Source of the DNA: Antedon mediterranea
Lineage: Eukaryota; Animalia; Echinodermata
Reading direction: 5' to 3'
DNA length: 64,000 bases
NCBI RefSeq assembly: GCF_964355755.1
Contig: NC_092674.1
Location: forward strand, 18,042,001-18,106,000
The position numbers were made by a program, and so were the translations under genes. The notes under the pieces are model-generated. The model did not search any database and was not told the DNA's origin. It saw only the letters and a list, made by a program, of their open reading frames with translations. Below are positions 11,044 through 23,836 of this stretch, piece after piece (the first letter of the stretch is position 1; each line of letters starts with the position of its first letter).

Positions 11044-14000
11044 GGGTCGACTCCAAATTGTTCACTCCAGTGTGGACCCAACTGAGTCGTTTATTGTACA
11101 GCGAGTGAAATCTAATTCATTACTCTACACTAAAGTTACGGTCGCATCCGTTATACTTGACGCAGTGGTCGACGTGGAGCGACTGTATCTATTATAGTTT
11201 ATACCATTCAATTGCCCCTACTCCACCCACTGTGGGTACTATTAAATTATTCATGGCGGGTAAGGGTAGTTCTATTGAAGGGCGAAAAATAGGTCCGGTG
11301 CAACTCGAAATTGGGGGAAACATCTATCCTACTTATGTCTATGTCGCACCGATTGAAGACGAAATGCTATTGGGTTTCGATTTCATGAAGGGCACAAATG
11401 CAGTGTAAACTGTGATCTGCATGGTCAATACAACCAACAAATACGTAACTTTCAAAGCAGGCTTAGAAATTGGGCTGTGTAGCTGGGGAAGTTTTCACCC
11501 ACCCGGGGGAAACCTCTCCGGCCACGCACGTATTGCCACACCACATGCGTAAAACCTGTGAAAATTCTATTGCCGATTTATCAGAAGATCAGGCAGGGGT
11601 GGTGAGGGAGATGTGTTTGCCAGGGATCAATTTGATATTGGGGAGGTCCCTAATATTGAACACCAAGTAGATCCAGTGAGGCACCGACTTCGCCGCAGCC
11701 CGCTACACTTTGCTGATGAAGAACGCAAATAACTTGATAAAATGCTGGAGGGGGGTATCATTCAGCCTTCCAATTAATAATGTTCCTCAGCCCCAGTCCT
11801 GAAAAGGAATGGAAACGTCACATTTTGCATAGACTATAGGGCTTTAAATAACATCACGGCAAAATCCATTACCAATTTTAGAGGATTGCCTCGACACGTT
11901 TTCGGGTAACCAATGGTTACCCTGGGCAGATCATTTGAAGACCACAGCAATAATCTAAGGGAGGCCCTGGGGCGGTTCAGACAATATAATCTGAAACTAA
12001 AACCGAAGAAATGTCTATTTTACCAGAGGAAAGTGGAATTTCTGGGCCGTATGGTCTCCCGCAACACTCTCGAGATGTCCGATACCGATATCGCAGCAGT
12101 GTGTGGGTGGCCTGATCTTAAGAACTACAAGGAGGCCCAACGCTTCCATGGCCTAGCAAATTACCATAGGGCATTCATTCCCCATTTTGCCGAATTAACA
12201 AGACCTCTGTCTACGCTCGCGCTAAGGTCAAATTTTCATTCGCCAAAATGGCGAAAGGTTTTGAAAAACATTAGCCAAATTGAAAATCCTTTAGCCAAAT
12301 TTAAAAAACCATAAAAATTCGCAAAAATGTTTATTAAATAAATAATGCATGTATTTGTTTGTTATTTTACTTCTTTTACATTTATATTAGGTATCCCAAT
12401 GAAGTTGATTTTCGTTCGTTTGTGAAATTTCAAAAAGTGACATGTCTTTGAAGTTAAAAAAATACTATTTCGTATGTACCCATGAGAATAAAAATTATAT
12501 GCCTTGAAAGATCTTGTTTAAGGGATTATTTTTATATATTTCTAATCTATGTTTATTAAATATTTTAATAGAAAACGCGAGTTAAAAATGAGGTACAAAA
12601 GCCGGCGAGCCGAAATCAGCGTGCTAAAAATAACTTTGGAAAACACCTACCCATTTTCGCAACCGATCGCACGAGGTCCATAATAGGTGGTGGAGTAATT
12701 TTTGTTGCATGTTATCAGGCTTTAAATACTCTTTATTTTGATATGTAAATCGGTTATTATTATTATGTACATCCGCCTCAAATGTCAATTTTAACGATAA
12801 AAATCGTGAGTCTTTCTCATTATCAAAATCTGGCTAATTTAGTATTGAATTAAACCTAATCTATATTTCTGTTTGATAAACAACATCGTTTTATTGGATT
12901 TTGCGTGGACCACGTGCGAAGAGGCCAACAAGACCAACTACTGAAAAAAATAATCCTTACCATAAATATCAGTGTTTACCATTTTCCTTACGGGGATTCA
13001 GTTCTCCGCTTATTACTAAATTACCGTCGCCCAGGCAATGTGCATGGTATGCATGTATTAGTGCGTTAATTAATGATTGGATAACCCCCACAGTGGACTG
13101 TTCCATTTTCTCAAACTAGTCTTCGCCGCACACGAGGCATGTCGAAAAATGTCGCCTCTCATCATGGAATATTTGCTTCGAAACGTCAATTTTACCGATT
13201 TATTAAATTATTTAATAAGTGTAACATTTATCAATCTACTATACAAAGCAAAATATGTTAGGAAGAAAGTACAGCAGAAATTTAATAAGCTTTGAATTAA
13301 TTTGCTATGCAGCGGCCGTAACCCATTACATTACGCAACTTTCGGTTAGACTAATCGAAAGGGAAATAAAATTAAACATGTTAACATTATACTATTGAGG
13401 TAATTACTTTGTTAAATTTAAAATTCCCCTTTTTAAATAACAGAACAGCCTCGTTTACGGAAGTATTCGTCCACACATGGAGGTACCTCCATGGTCCACA
13501 TTTTCTTCTCGAAGTTCATTTTCTACGTCGAAGAATAGGGACTTCCCCTTTTATTCGCTCATCATCACTTCGACAACGGCCGGCCACGAACCAATCACAT
13601 TAACTGTGTGTCATTAAAATGCATCGAGGCACGCTCTGCGCATGTTTAAACAGAACTAAAAAAAATGAACACGGCGATCGTGACGTCGTCACATAAATGC
13701 TGTGGCGGTAAAAAGTGTACCCAAGTCAGTGACCGTGACGTGTTGTCGGAAAGTACCGAAGTGTGGCGAATTCTCGCTCCCATAAGAAGTCACGCCGACC
13801 AGGCTAGGCCTAGGCTTGGAAATGTATTTTCGTCAATTTGGCGAACGAGGCAATAATTATTTTCGCCAAATGGAGACTCCAGTCGCCATTGGCGAATTGG
13901 CGAGCGGTTAGCGCGAGCGTAGTCTGTATGCAGTTCCGATGGGACAAACCTCAAATAGAGGCATTTCACTCAATTAAAGCTAAATAACACAACCTCCAGT

Positions 14001-16119
14001 CTTGTCACTTCCGAATCCGGATGACATGTTCGTCATGGATACCGATGCATCAGATCAGGCAATCGGGGGTGAATTGTCCGAAGTACAGGGGGGTCAGGAA
14101 CGTGTGATTGCTTATGCTAGTTTAGCTTTAACATCAGAGCAACAACGTTACTGCAACACCTGTAAAAAACTGTTGGCAATTGTTAAATTCACATGTCAAT
14201 TTAGACACTACTTGCTGGGTAAACCATTTAAAGTTCGCACCGACCACAGTAGCCTAAACTTGGCTCCTGAGGTTCAAGGAACCCCAGGGGCAGCTGGCAC
14301 GCTGGATAGAAGAACTTAGCCAGTATGTGATGGTAGTAGAACACCGCCCTGCTAACAAACATGTCAATGCCGATGCATTGTCACGGGCACCTGAAATGGC
14401 TAATCATTACAAAACATGGGGTGAAATTATCTGATTTACCTTGCAAGGGGTGCAAGTACTGTTTACGTGCGCAAGTACTGTTTACGTGCGCACCAGCAGT
14501 AGGGGGGGGGGGCATTCATTGACCAGGTCGATGACGTCATTCCACTGACTGGTGTGCCCATACATCAAAATCAACCTATCTTGCAGCCCGTCCTGTTCTC
14601 ACAACATGTCCATCAATTGACCATGGATAAGGCGGAGCAATCTCATTGGGGATTCTCTACCCAGGAAATCCAAGAGGCTTAGGGGAAAGACCAGGAGCTG
14701 GGGCCCAAGTTACTGGGTGACGCGCTGCCTTCGGCAAATGATCTTTTCGCTACTAGCCCGGCAACAAAACATTATTGGTTGAGTAAGGACAGGATGTGTT
14801 TGAGAGACGGGGTATTATTCATTCAAGATAAACAGGGGGAGGAGGACCTTCTTGTTCTTCCACAATCTTTAATTAAAACAATCATGCATGATTATCATGA
14901 TCTCCCGCCAGCCGCCCACCAAGGTATTAAACGGACTAAGCTCTGTCTTAAACAACGTTACTACTGGTTTGGGATGGCCGGGGATATCGAACGATATGTA
15001 ATAGGCTGCGACATATGTAACAGCCATAAGAGGGGGAACAAGAAAGGCCGCTCAGAACAGATTAATTATCACTCGGGAGCTCCAATGGAAAGGGTTCACA
15101 TAGACTTTGCAGGACCATTTCCTCAGTCCAGTAGTGGAAATCTGTATGTACTAATGGTAGTGGATCAATTTACAAAATGGGTAGAGGCCTACCCGGTACC
15201 CCGACAGACTGCACAATTGACTGCCGAAGTACTGGTAAGGGAATTCTTCTCTAGATTTGGTATGCCGTTGCAATTGCACTCGGACCAGGGTCCAAATTTT
15301 GAGAGTGACCTCTTTGGGGACCTCTGCAAGATTCTACTAATTAATAAGACCCACACCACGCCGTACCGTCCTTCAGCTAATGGTCCGGTGGAACGTTATA
15401 ACCTGACTGTGATGAATGCGGTCCGGTGTTTTGTGGGAAAACAACAAAAAGACTGATAAGATAAATATCTGCCCCAGATAATGAGTGCTATTAGGGCCAT
15501 GGTATGCCGAAGTACCCAATCTACACCAAACCTGATGATGCTGGGCTGGGAGGTATCGACACCACCCGACCTCATGTTCTTTAGGGGGCACAACAATTAA
15601 TGATCCCTACTCATACACCACTGGCCTAGTAGAAAATATGAAGTTAGCGCACGATATGCAAGAACACATCTAAAATCAATGCAAAAGCGCAATAAATACC
15701 AATACGACCTCAAACTACTAGAGCGTACATACGCAGTTGGAGACAAGGTCTATGTGTTCGACCAGGCCAAACTACTGTAAAGGGGAAAGACAAAAAAGTG
15801 AATGCGCCATGGAAGGGTCACTTAGGTGCTGGCCCCGTATGCCTTCCGTGTGCGACTACGTAATAAAGTATTTGTAATCCACCACGATAAACTTAAGCTC
15901 TGTCGGGATCGGGAATTGCCAAATTGGATCACCAACCTCAATCTGGCAAATTCCGACCCCGATGGGGATGCCGAAGATGACGGCCTTTACTGTACTTGTA
16001 GGAAGCCATGGGAGGTGGTGGCGAAATATGCCTACCATCATGAGGAACGTAAGATGAGGACAGCTTGGAGATACCTCCAAGAACTAATCCCCCTCCTCCC
16101 AAGTGGCCTTGGCCGCTAA
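11044..16119 (+). pseudogene. pol: Decayed Gypsy pol (protease, internally deleted RT, RNase H, integrase, truncated PHD-like finger)
   Basis: VAPIEDEMLLGFDF (protease), CIDYRALN then a deletion removing YxDD, LKLKPKKC..FLG (RT), DTDASDQAIGGELS..VRTDHSSL (RNase H), H..H..C..C plus HIDF..VDQFTKW..HSDQG..NGPVER (integrase), LYCTCRKPW; PR-RT-RH-IN order is Gypsy. Confidence 0.93.
12211..13922. mobile_element. Non-autonomous DNA transposon (1712 bp) with 5-bp TSD, hAT5-like, inserted in pol
   Basis: Perfect 15-bp TIR CTACGCTCGCGCTAA / TTAGCGCGAGCGTAG; TSD TCTGT (12206-12210, 13923-13927); subterminal TCGCCA/TGGCGA repeats; pol resumes after it. Confidence 0.85.
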
Positions 16120-17116
16120 GGAAGGCCTTCGAACACCTGAGACGGTACTACCTGAAACCTGGAGCCTGCGGCCTGAGCAACCGTTGGTTGCGGCAAGTAA
16201 CACCCACAGCGGAGGCAGTCAACTGGAAGGTGCCATCAGCGGAGAGAGACATTAGGAGTCAGGTCTCCGCCCTGGTGATGCTGCACCCCTTCTGTCTGTG
16301 CCTTCTGTAGGTCCTCTACCTATTTAGCTGGGACCGTAAGTCCCTTGTTTAAATTACGGTTGTCAGTGCGGTCTCTTTTCGCTGATTTCCCTCATAAATA
16401 TTATAATTGTATACACGCAAACAGTCAGCCTCTATACTGGAATTCCAGAACAAAATTTTACTGTTGTGTGCTAAATTTTTGCCATTCCCCAGAGGCTTGT
16501 GCCTTCTTTTCTCAAATCTGTAATTCTGTACCCCTAGAACGGTGTTCCCAAGATTTTTTCTCTTCCGGGGGGCCGTCAGGTGCCAGTGTTCCCTGGGAAC
16601 GTGGTGTCGGGCAGCAACTCGGTGGATACCCTATGCCGCATGGCTTGTAGGGAGATGTTTTTCCTATTTATTTCTTTATGTTTCCGCATCATGGATGCAC
16701 CTGCCCATTGTTCAGTTGTTATGGCAGTTTTAATGTTATTCGGGACTCTTTAGTACCCTTTTGGCTTTCATAAGTTCAAATTGTTGGGGTACATTACCCC
16801 CACCTTGACGTTCTGGTATTTCGTTTTTCAAATCCAGTTCTTGTTGGGGCTGTGACCCCGTTGTGTTACATGTTAAAAAAAAAAGAAAAAAAAGAAGAAA
16901 GAGAAAGGAGTGGAGGACCCACCATGGAGAAATGAACTTGAAATCAAATAAACTTTAAAATGAACTTGGAATCAAAGGAACATTAAAATGAACTTGAAAT
17001 CAAACAAACCAAATTGGACAGTAATGTCGGACAGCGACAGTGAACTAAATTGCACCTGGCTGCCCCCCTTGGGAAGACCAGTCCAAGAATAGTCAGGGGG
17101 GGGGGGTGCAGGAAAC

Positions 17117-17137
17117 AAAGAAAACAAAAGGGGAAGA
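17117..17137 (+). promoter_or_regulatory. Polypurine tract of the outer LTR element
   Basis: AAAGAAAACAAAAGGGGAAGA directly 5' of the 3' LTR. Confidence 0.75.
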
Positions 17138-17138
17138 T

Positions 17139-17463
17139 TGTAGTGCCTGGCGATTGGCTAGTGGTTACGTCATCTATACGTCACAGCCAATCACCGGGCC
17201 TACACGCACACAACTCACGAATCCGACCCTGGGACTGGCCAGTGGCGAGATACGTCACGACCAGCCCCAGGGGCAGGGGGTTGATGTGCGAGAGACAAGA
17301 GTCTCACTCTTGAGAAGCAGATACCCAAGGAAGAAGAACCCAAACTATATACGTATCGTAGTACTAAGACCTGATTAGGTGAGTACATATGATGAGCGTA
17401 TAGAAATATACCGAAGAGACTGAATCGTCCCTTGGGTACAAATGTAAATATATAGTCTCTTTA
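17139..17463 (+). repeat. 3' LTR (325 bp)
   Basis: Direct repeat of 5177-5491, followed by the CTAG TSD. Confidence 0.9.
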
Positions 17464-17817
17464 CTAGGGCCTAGCCTAGGCCTAGGCCTGTTTACGATGC
17501 AATCCGTCGCGTCTAAAATCTGTCGCGTTTGAAATCAGTCGCGATAAAATCAACTTCCGGTATTTTGTATGGCGCGCCACTAGAGCTATACGTTTGATGA
17601 TATCGGTCGTGTTTGAAATCAGTCGCGCTATTTTGTATGGAGTGAGATGCATGCTAGCGGGATAATAAATATTTATTATCGATCATTATTTTTATTTTTA
17701 TTTCACATGTTTCGGAGAAGGACTACTTTTCAAAATGGCCATTTCTAAACACGTTTAAAATAATATATTATTAGGATATAATAATCTACTTCTATTTTAT
17801 TATGTACTGTAATTAAT

Positions 17818-19301
17818 GGGTGTCACGAAACCTAAGATCACGAAAGCTCCGACCCCCTAAGACCTAAGATCACGAAAGCTAAGACCCAACACCTAAGATT
17901 ACAAATACTAAGATATACTACAGCTTAAAAACAATACTTGTTTATCCATACATAATTTTAAACACAGTAGGTTTCATTTATTACCATAAATATAATTTAA
18001 TACTACCGCAAAACATAAACTCACATTATTTTCGCCCGTTGAGTAAATGTATATTTTTTCTTTACAACAAACAAACTTGACGGGTTGTTTGTTGGTATAT
18101 ATTTACTCCATTGTGTTGGTTCAGAGGATGTTTTTCTTACGCACCTGCCTTTCTTGTATTTTGACTCCAAATTTGTTGACTAACTTTATCCTGAACACCA
18201 AACTTTAAAATTAGGACTTATAAGTACTTTCAGAAGGAGAAACACATAATAACAAATAAATAAATCCTTTAAATTGATGATTTTACAGATGTGTTTCTTT
18301 GTATACTGTAATGTAACTCCTCGAACTCCCCATGCTCAATGTTTTTGTTTCTATGGAGCGCCAAAAGAGCAACAATAACAGGCCCGTAGCCAGGGAAGTT
18401 TTTATGGTTTGGGCGAACCCCCCCCCCCCCCTTTATAGCGAACCCCCCTTAACCAACTGCGAACCCCCATCCCCGACATGCCCAATACCTCACCCTCATC
18501 TCCAAAAATCCTCCAAATACGTGCCCCACAGTACAGAAAGTTGTTTGTAAATTGAAAAATTTGTAAACTTGTTCGTGAACCTTCTTCTCTGTATGAGCGT
18601 CAACTAGTGATACGTGTCTGTAAATTTCTAAAAGCTGCAAATGAGTTGCCGATTTTAACCTGAAAAATAAATGTTTGGTCCCTGCATGTAACATGATATT
18701 GACGCGTCTCATAGCGAGCTGGCGCACGAACGATTCCCAAATATTTAGTGTCCGAACCCCGCCTTGACAGATCCTGGCTACGGCCCTGAATAATAGTACA
18801 AGTATAAAAACAGAAAGAAAACGAAACAAAAAAACTTATCATGATTTTTAAATTAAAATTTATTTGCCAGTATTTATTTCTTCGTACTTGCATGATTATA
18901 CTATTATCATTACAATTTTAATTTAACATTGTTCCATCCACACTGTAGATGGACTCCACAGAGTTTTCAGCCCTCTATATAATTTTTGCTCTTTTGACGT
19001 TCCATAGAAACAAAAACATTGAACATGGCCCATGGGGTAGGCCTACTGTACTGTAGGCTAGTCATTTTGTGTGCGAGAAAAACGTCTGTAAAATCATCAA
19101 TTTAAAAATGTATTTGTTACTTTTTATGTGATTCTTTTTCATGAAATTCTAAGGTGTGGTATTCAGAATAAATGTTGGGAGTTAAAATACAAGGCAGGTG
19201 CGAAAGATAAATATTTGTAATCTTAGGTGTTGGGTCTTAGCTTTCGTGATCTTAGGTCTTAGGGGGTCTTCGCTTTCGTGGTCTTAGATTTCGTGACACC
19301 C
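17818..19301. mobile_element. MITE A copy 2
   Basis: Same TIRs as copy 1; perfect 10-bp TSD TGTAATTAAT (17808-17817, 19302-19311). Confidence 0.9.
18379..18788. mobile_element. 410-bp MITE with 5-bp TSD (hAT5-like) nested in MITE A copy 2
   Basis: TIR CAGGCCCGTAGCCAGG / CCTGGCTACGGCCCTG (15/16); comparison with the empty site in copies 1 and 3 (GCAACAATAATAGTAC) gives TSD AATAA. Confidence 0.85.
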
Positions 19302-19506
19302 TGTAATTAATATATTATATAGAGTATATACGTCTGTGTCTTTTATTATGCAAACCTCATTGAGCTGGTATCCACTTGCAGGTATAGAATGATTTTCGTA
19401 ATTAACTGTGATTAAAAATACGTGCACTACTTGTTTAACTATTAAATTATTTCAACATTTTCACAACTTTAAACAGTGGCATGCCAATCTTTTCAAAAAC
19501 TTATAA

Positions 19507-20130
19507 AGACCCCTTCCCTGCAATTTTGGACGTTTTTTGGAAAATAATACACATATATATCACTTTAAAAACATTAAACCATGTCATTCCTTGTCTTGTA
19601 CGTTTTATGGTAAATTATGATAAAAAGTGAAAAACAATGCACTACCTAAGTAGCTCGCGGCGATCGACCTCTCGTGGACGGTCTTAGGACTAGCCTAGCT
19701 AGGCTTAGTTTTGTAGGCCTAGCTGGTAAACATCGGTAACGTACGAACATCGTACGCTAGCTATATACCTAGCCTGACGTTGTATAGTTGCTGCATTAAT
19801 TGTCTTTCTATTTTTGCCAGACTCCGTTGATACCAATTGGGGAAAACCCGGTATTTTCGCTGAAAAGTTAGGAGTCTTCCATTTGTTTTGGCCTCACGAT
19901 CGATCGAAAAGTCGGCAAATTACAGTTGAAAAACAAAAATATCAATCCGCGTGCAATGCATTTTGGGATCTATAGCGGGCCGCTATAATTATTAGAATTG
20001 ACTTATTTTTCACATTTTTAACCGTTTAAAGACGAAAAAAGTTATCGCAATAGGACCATATAGTATTATTTTTACATTAAATATAGTTTGTGATCTTAAA
20101 TTAGATCTAAAAAACGTAGGGAAGGGGGCT
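19507..20130. mobile_element. Kolobok-like MITE, copy 2
   Basis: Homologous to 4514-5054; ends AGACCCCTTCCCT / AGGGAAGGGGGCT, flanks ATAA and TTAA. Confidence 0.8.
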
Positions 20131-20857
20131 TTAAACAATAGTCAATAAAACATTTTTAAAACGATTTTCTAAACGAACACATTACAATTATTCATTGACA
20201 CCTCCTGTAAGATAAAATGAAAACACAAATTATATATAAATAATGAGATAAATATTTATATTTACTGTACTTAAAAATTAATAATGATCGAGGTAAAAAA
20301 AATGTTAATAGTATTATTAGAAATTCTATATTCAAAATTAACTAAAAACCGTTTTACGTCGTAGGCTAATTTAGCGTTTTCGTAAAAAATGTATCTAGTG
20401 CGTCCCATACAAATTAGCGCGCCCAAAATAAAACGCGAACGATATCAAACGTACCTAATATGCTAAAAAGCGTATCTAGCGGCGCTCCATACAAAATACC
20501 GGATGTTGATTTTATCGCGACCGATTTCAAGCCCGACCGATTTCGAACGCGACCGATTTCATCTGACACCCCTAGCCTGCGCAGGGGAGATTGGCCTAGA
20601 ATCGTACCGCACTTGTGTAATCACTTCTTGTTGCTATACGCTTGGGTGCACATGGAACAACAAATTTAACTGATGAATTATTCATGTTTATTTTTGTGAC
20701 GTTTCATGAGGGGTCCCCAAACAACTTATGTACGAAAAACAAAATCGCAGCCTGGCCTAGCCTGGGCCTACCTAGCTAGGCCTAGGCTAGTAGTATTAAT
20801 TAGTAGGACCCTTAATTAAGTTATAATAATTGTTAATGTTGTCATTAATTGACTTAC

Positions 20858-21060
20858 CTGCTATTATTAATAATAGTTAATAGTGCAGCTTATTCTTATC
20901 AGTTTTAGTCTTAATTAAATTAATAGCTAGCGGTCTAGCCTACTTACAATACAATTTACAAATGTTATATATCCGCAAACACGATGTCAATACAGTTCGG
21001 TGTTTTTTTATTGTCGTCATGGCCACCACACACCACACGATAGAGGGAGCTGAGGCAGTT
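20858..21060 (-). promoter_or_regulatory. Candidate promoter/non-coding first exon of the MORN-repeat gene
   Basis: Non-repetitive island with a strong minus-strand donor CAG|GTAAGT at 20858/20857, an X-box-like GTCGTCATGGCCAC (21013-21026) and a CTAG-rich tract just inside the intron; link to the gene is inference. Confidence 0.3.
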
Positions 21061-21204
21061 TGCTGCATGCTGCAGCATCGAGGTACTGTATATTCGAAAA
21101 ATGGAAAAATGTTTTAATTACATGATTTGAACAATCTTCTAATGTATAGATTAACAGCATCAACATTTAACAGTGTGGCGTGTTGACCGCGAATGACTAA
21201 CTTA

Positions 21205-22037
21205 TAGTCCGGTGGACCCGAAAGGGGACAAATTGCCATCCAACTTTTCTAGGCCTAGGGCCTAGGCCTAGACTAGAATGTTCCGTAGATTACGAATATG
21301 GAAGTAATCGATCAGGATAGGAAGCGTTTTCGAGATATAAAGGGTCAAAGTTCAAAATTGACCAATTACAACAATGTATTATGTATATGTATGATAACAA
21401 ATTTATTGAAGCACAATTTGGTCTTTTATTACATTTTTATGATTATAAGTGTCTATTAATCACCTTTTGAAAAAAAAATCCTTTGTGATTAAGGGTCAAA
21501 TGTCAATATTGACCAATCATAGAACGTACCTATAAAACCAAATAAAAACTAATATTTAATAAAAATTGGATGTTTTCTCATCCTGTTAATCAATCATACG
21601 CAATGTAAAAGAGCGAATACATCATTTCATCAGTTGACATAAGGTCAATTTCATCAGTTGACATAAGGTCAAAGGTCAACATTTTAATACGCGTATTAGT
21701 TAACAAATAAATGCAAAGTTGTCCAAACTATGATATTGATGGTTTTACTAATAATCAAATTATTTGATTAGTAAAGTTATGTTATTTCATTATAATTTTG
21801 ATTAATATAATTATAATACTATTACTACGTCCAGAATTTCCAAAGATATAGCATTTTTTTATATTGGTCAATTTTGAACTTTGACCCCTTATATCTCGAA
21901 AACGCTTCCTGTCCTGATCGATTACCTTCCATATTCGTAATCTACAGAAAATTCTTGTCTAGAAAAGTTGGATGGCAATTTGTCCCCTTTCGGGTGGTGA
22001 TATCCCACCCCCCCCCCCCCCTCCTGCCACCGGACTA
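21205..22037. mobile_element. Academ-like non-autonomous DNA transposon (833 bp)
   Basis: Termini TAGTCCGGTGG / CCACCGGACTA, ~160-bp TIRs, 3-bp TSD TTA, GGTCAAAGGTCA motifs. Confidence 0.8.
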
Positions 22038-22040
22038 TTA

Positions 22041-23191
22041 TACCCTTTTTACACTATCGACTGAGAGAGGAACACGAGTTGAACTCGGAGGCAATTTCCA
22101 TTTACACTAGCCAAAAAAACTGCGAGATGAACTCGAGCTGCGCCCATTTACACTACATCAATCACCCCGATGTCCCCCGGTGCTGTCAATCAAATCACTA
22201 TTGCAAGCGCACACGTGGAACGTAACTGACTCTGGTTTAAACGTTTAAACACTGGAACATATCGACAAATCTCATATAAAAACATAATAATCCGAATTTA
22301 CACACAATTTATTTAATTTTGAATGTAGTCCAGTGTAATATTTTCTTTGTGGCTATTGAGATTATCATTTATTATTTTAAAAATTAGGGCCTAACAATTA
22401 TTTTTCTTTTTAAAATGACTGCATTTCCGCCTTGTAGACTGTACGTACATTAAATAGGCCTTACATGGTTAGGTTGGCGTAAAAATAGGGTAGGTACGAT
22501 ATGTATTTAAAATAAAAAATATATTTGTTAATTAGCATAAAAATGTATCGATGAAGGAAAATTATTATATGGTACTCTTTCAGTTCCTAAAAAAAATTTA
22601 ATTTTCATGCATTGAGACATCAGTATTATATATATTTTTCCCTTTTTCAATAATTATGCCTACATAGAATCGCAGGGTAGAGTTACACCAATATTAGGCC
22701 TACATTATTTTAGGCTTTCTGTTAAGGTAGAATGCACACGAACAATTTCAATATTTTCAGCAGAAAAAAAAGATCACAAATTTGTTTGTGCCTTTAAAAG
22801 AAAATAACGAACAGGACAATATCGTACAATTATTATTTTAAGCAAAAAAGGTGTATTTTAAGCAAAAAACCTATTTTCTTTGCATAATATATTGTATTTC
22901 TGTGACAACATGTTACATTTTCACGTCATTGACCTTTAACAGCTCGGTGTTGAACCACAAAAACCGTTTACACTTCGTGTCTCCGGTGTAGATTCGACTA
23001 CACCGGAGAAGGTACACCGGAAAACATTCAGCTTCGTTTCACCCCGGGGAGAGCACACCGGGGTGGTTGGATTTTCCCATTTACACCAGTCAATAAAAAC
23101 CACAACACCGGCGTTTAACGGCCCGGTGTAGGCCTACTAACAACTGCGGGGTTACACCGCTGTTAAATACGGTGATAGTGTAAAAGGGGTA
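22041..23191. mobile_element. PIF/Harbinger-like MITE (1151 bp)
   Basis: TIR TACCCTTTTTACACTATC / GATAGTGTAAAAGGGGTA, TTTACAC subterminal repeats, TSD TTA (22038-22040, 23192-23194). Confidence 0.8.
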
Positions 23192-23836
23192 TTATTATCT
23201 TCCCCATAATACACGTGCACAAACTCATTTGCATAACAACCACGACGGCATACCAAACTGTTTAAAATAGAGCTGCAAGGTCCCCGAAAATGACATCTAT
23301 TATTTTTTCAAACAACATGCATAAGAATCTTCAGTACCCCACCATGCTTGGGGCTGAGCAAAGACAATTTTGAAAAATAGAGCTGCATAGATTCCCGCCC
23401 GAAAAATGGCACTTTTTACATGATTTGAAATTATATGAAACAAACTATATAAGACTCACCAGGACAATAGAGCTTGTCCCCGGAAAGTGCACCTATTCAT
23501 TGAAATATGAAATTAAATATTAAGTCTCCAGTAGGCCTACTAGCCCACCATGTTTGGGCAGAGCTAATAATGAAAATAGAGCCCAGAATTGCACTTATAC
23601 TTATAGGCCTACTTATTACTATACATAATCACCTATGATATTTATGATATTTGTTAAAAATTCAACTATCCAGATGCGACTTCAAAATTTTAGGTGGAGT
23701 TTTCTACTTTAAAAACTCTACTTCGTACATGCCTAAGGCCTAGCCCGGCGGCGGAATTAGTCTAAGCTTCGAAATCGGTCTGGAAATCGGAATCATTGCA
23801 AAGGGTGTCACGAAACCTAAGACCACGAAAGCTAAG

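Larger units (their letters stand above)
5177..17463 (+). mobile_element. LTR-bounded composite retroelement (Gypsy superfamily) with multiple nested insertions
   Basis: Two highly similar direct LTRs (5177-5491, 17139-17463), CTAG TSD (5173-5176, 17464-17467), PBS after the 5' LTR, purine tract before the 3' LTR, gag/pol remnants inside. Confidence 0.9.
17485..20571. mobile_element. Older foldback (Mutator-like) non-autonomous element hosting MITE A copy 2 and a Kolobok-like MITE
   Basis: Imperfect ~130-bp inverted arms with GAAATCGGTCGCG subrepeats and GATAAAATCAACTTCCGGTATTTTGTATGG at 17490-17640 versus 20400-20570; TSD not resolved. Confidence 0.65.
21169..23262. repeat. ~104-bp MITE-like module, copy 1 (21169-21204 + 23195-23262), split by two insertions
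   Basis: Imperfect TIR AACAGTGTGGCGTGTTG / CGGCATACCAAACTGTT; homologous to 26058-26092 + 27592-27657. Confidence 0.7.

Noticed and set aside
23195-23240. Octamer plus Staf-like motifs as an snRNA gene distal element
   Set aside because: No recognisable snRNA sequence on either side of either copy; the motifs sit in a MITE-like module
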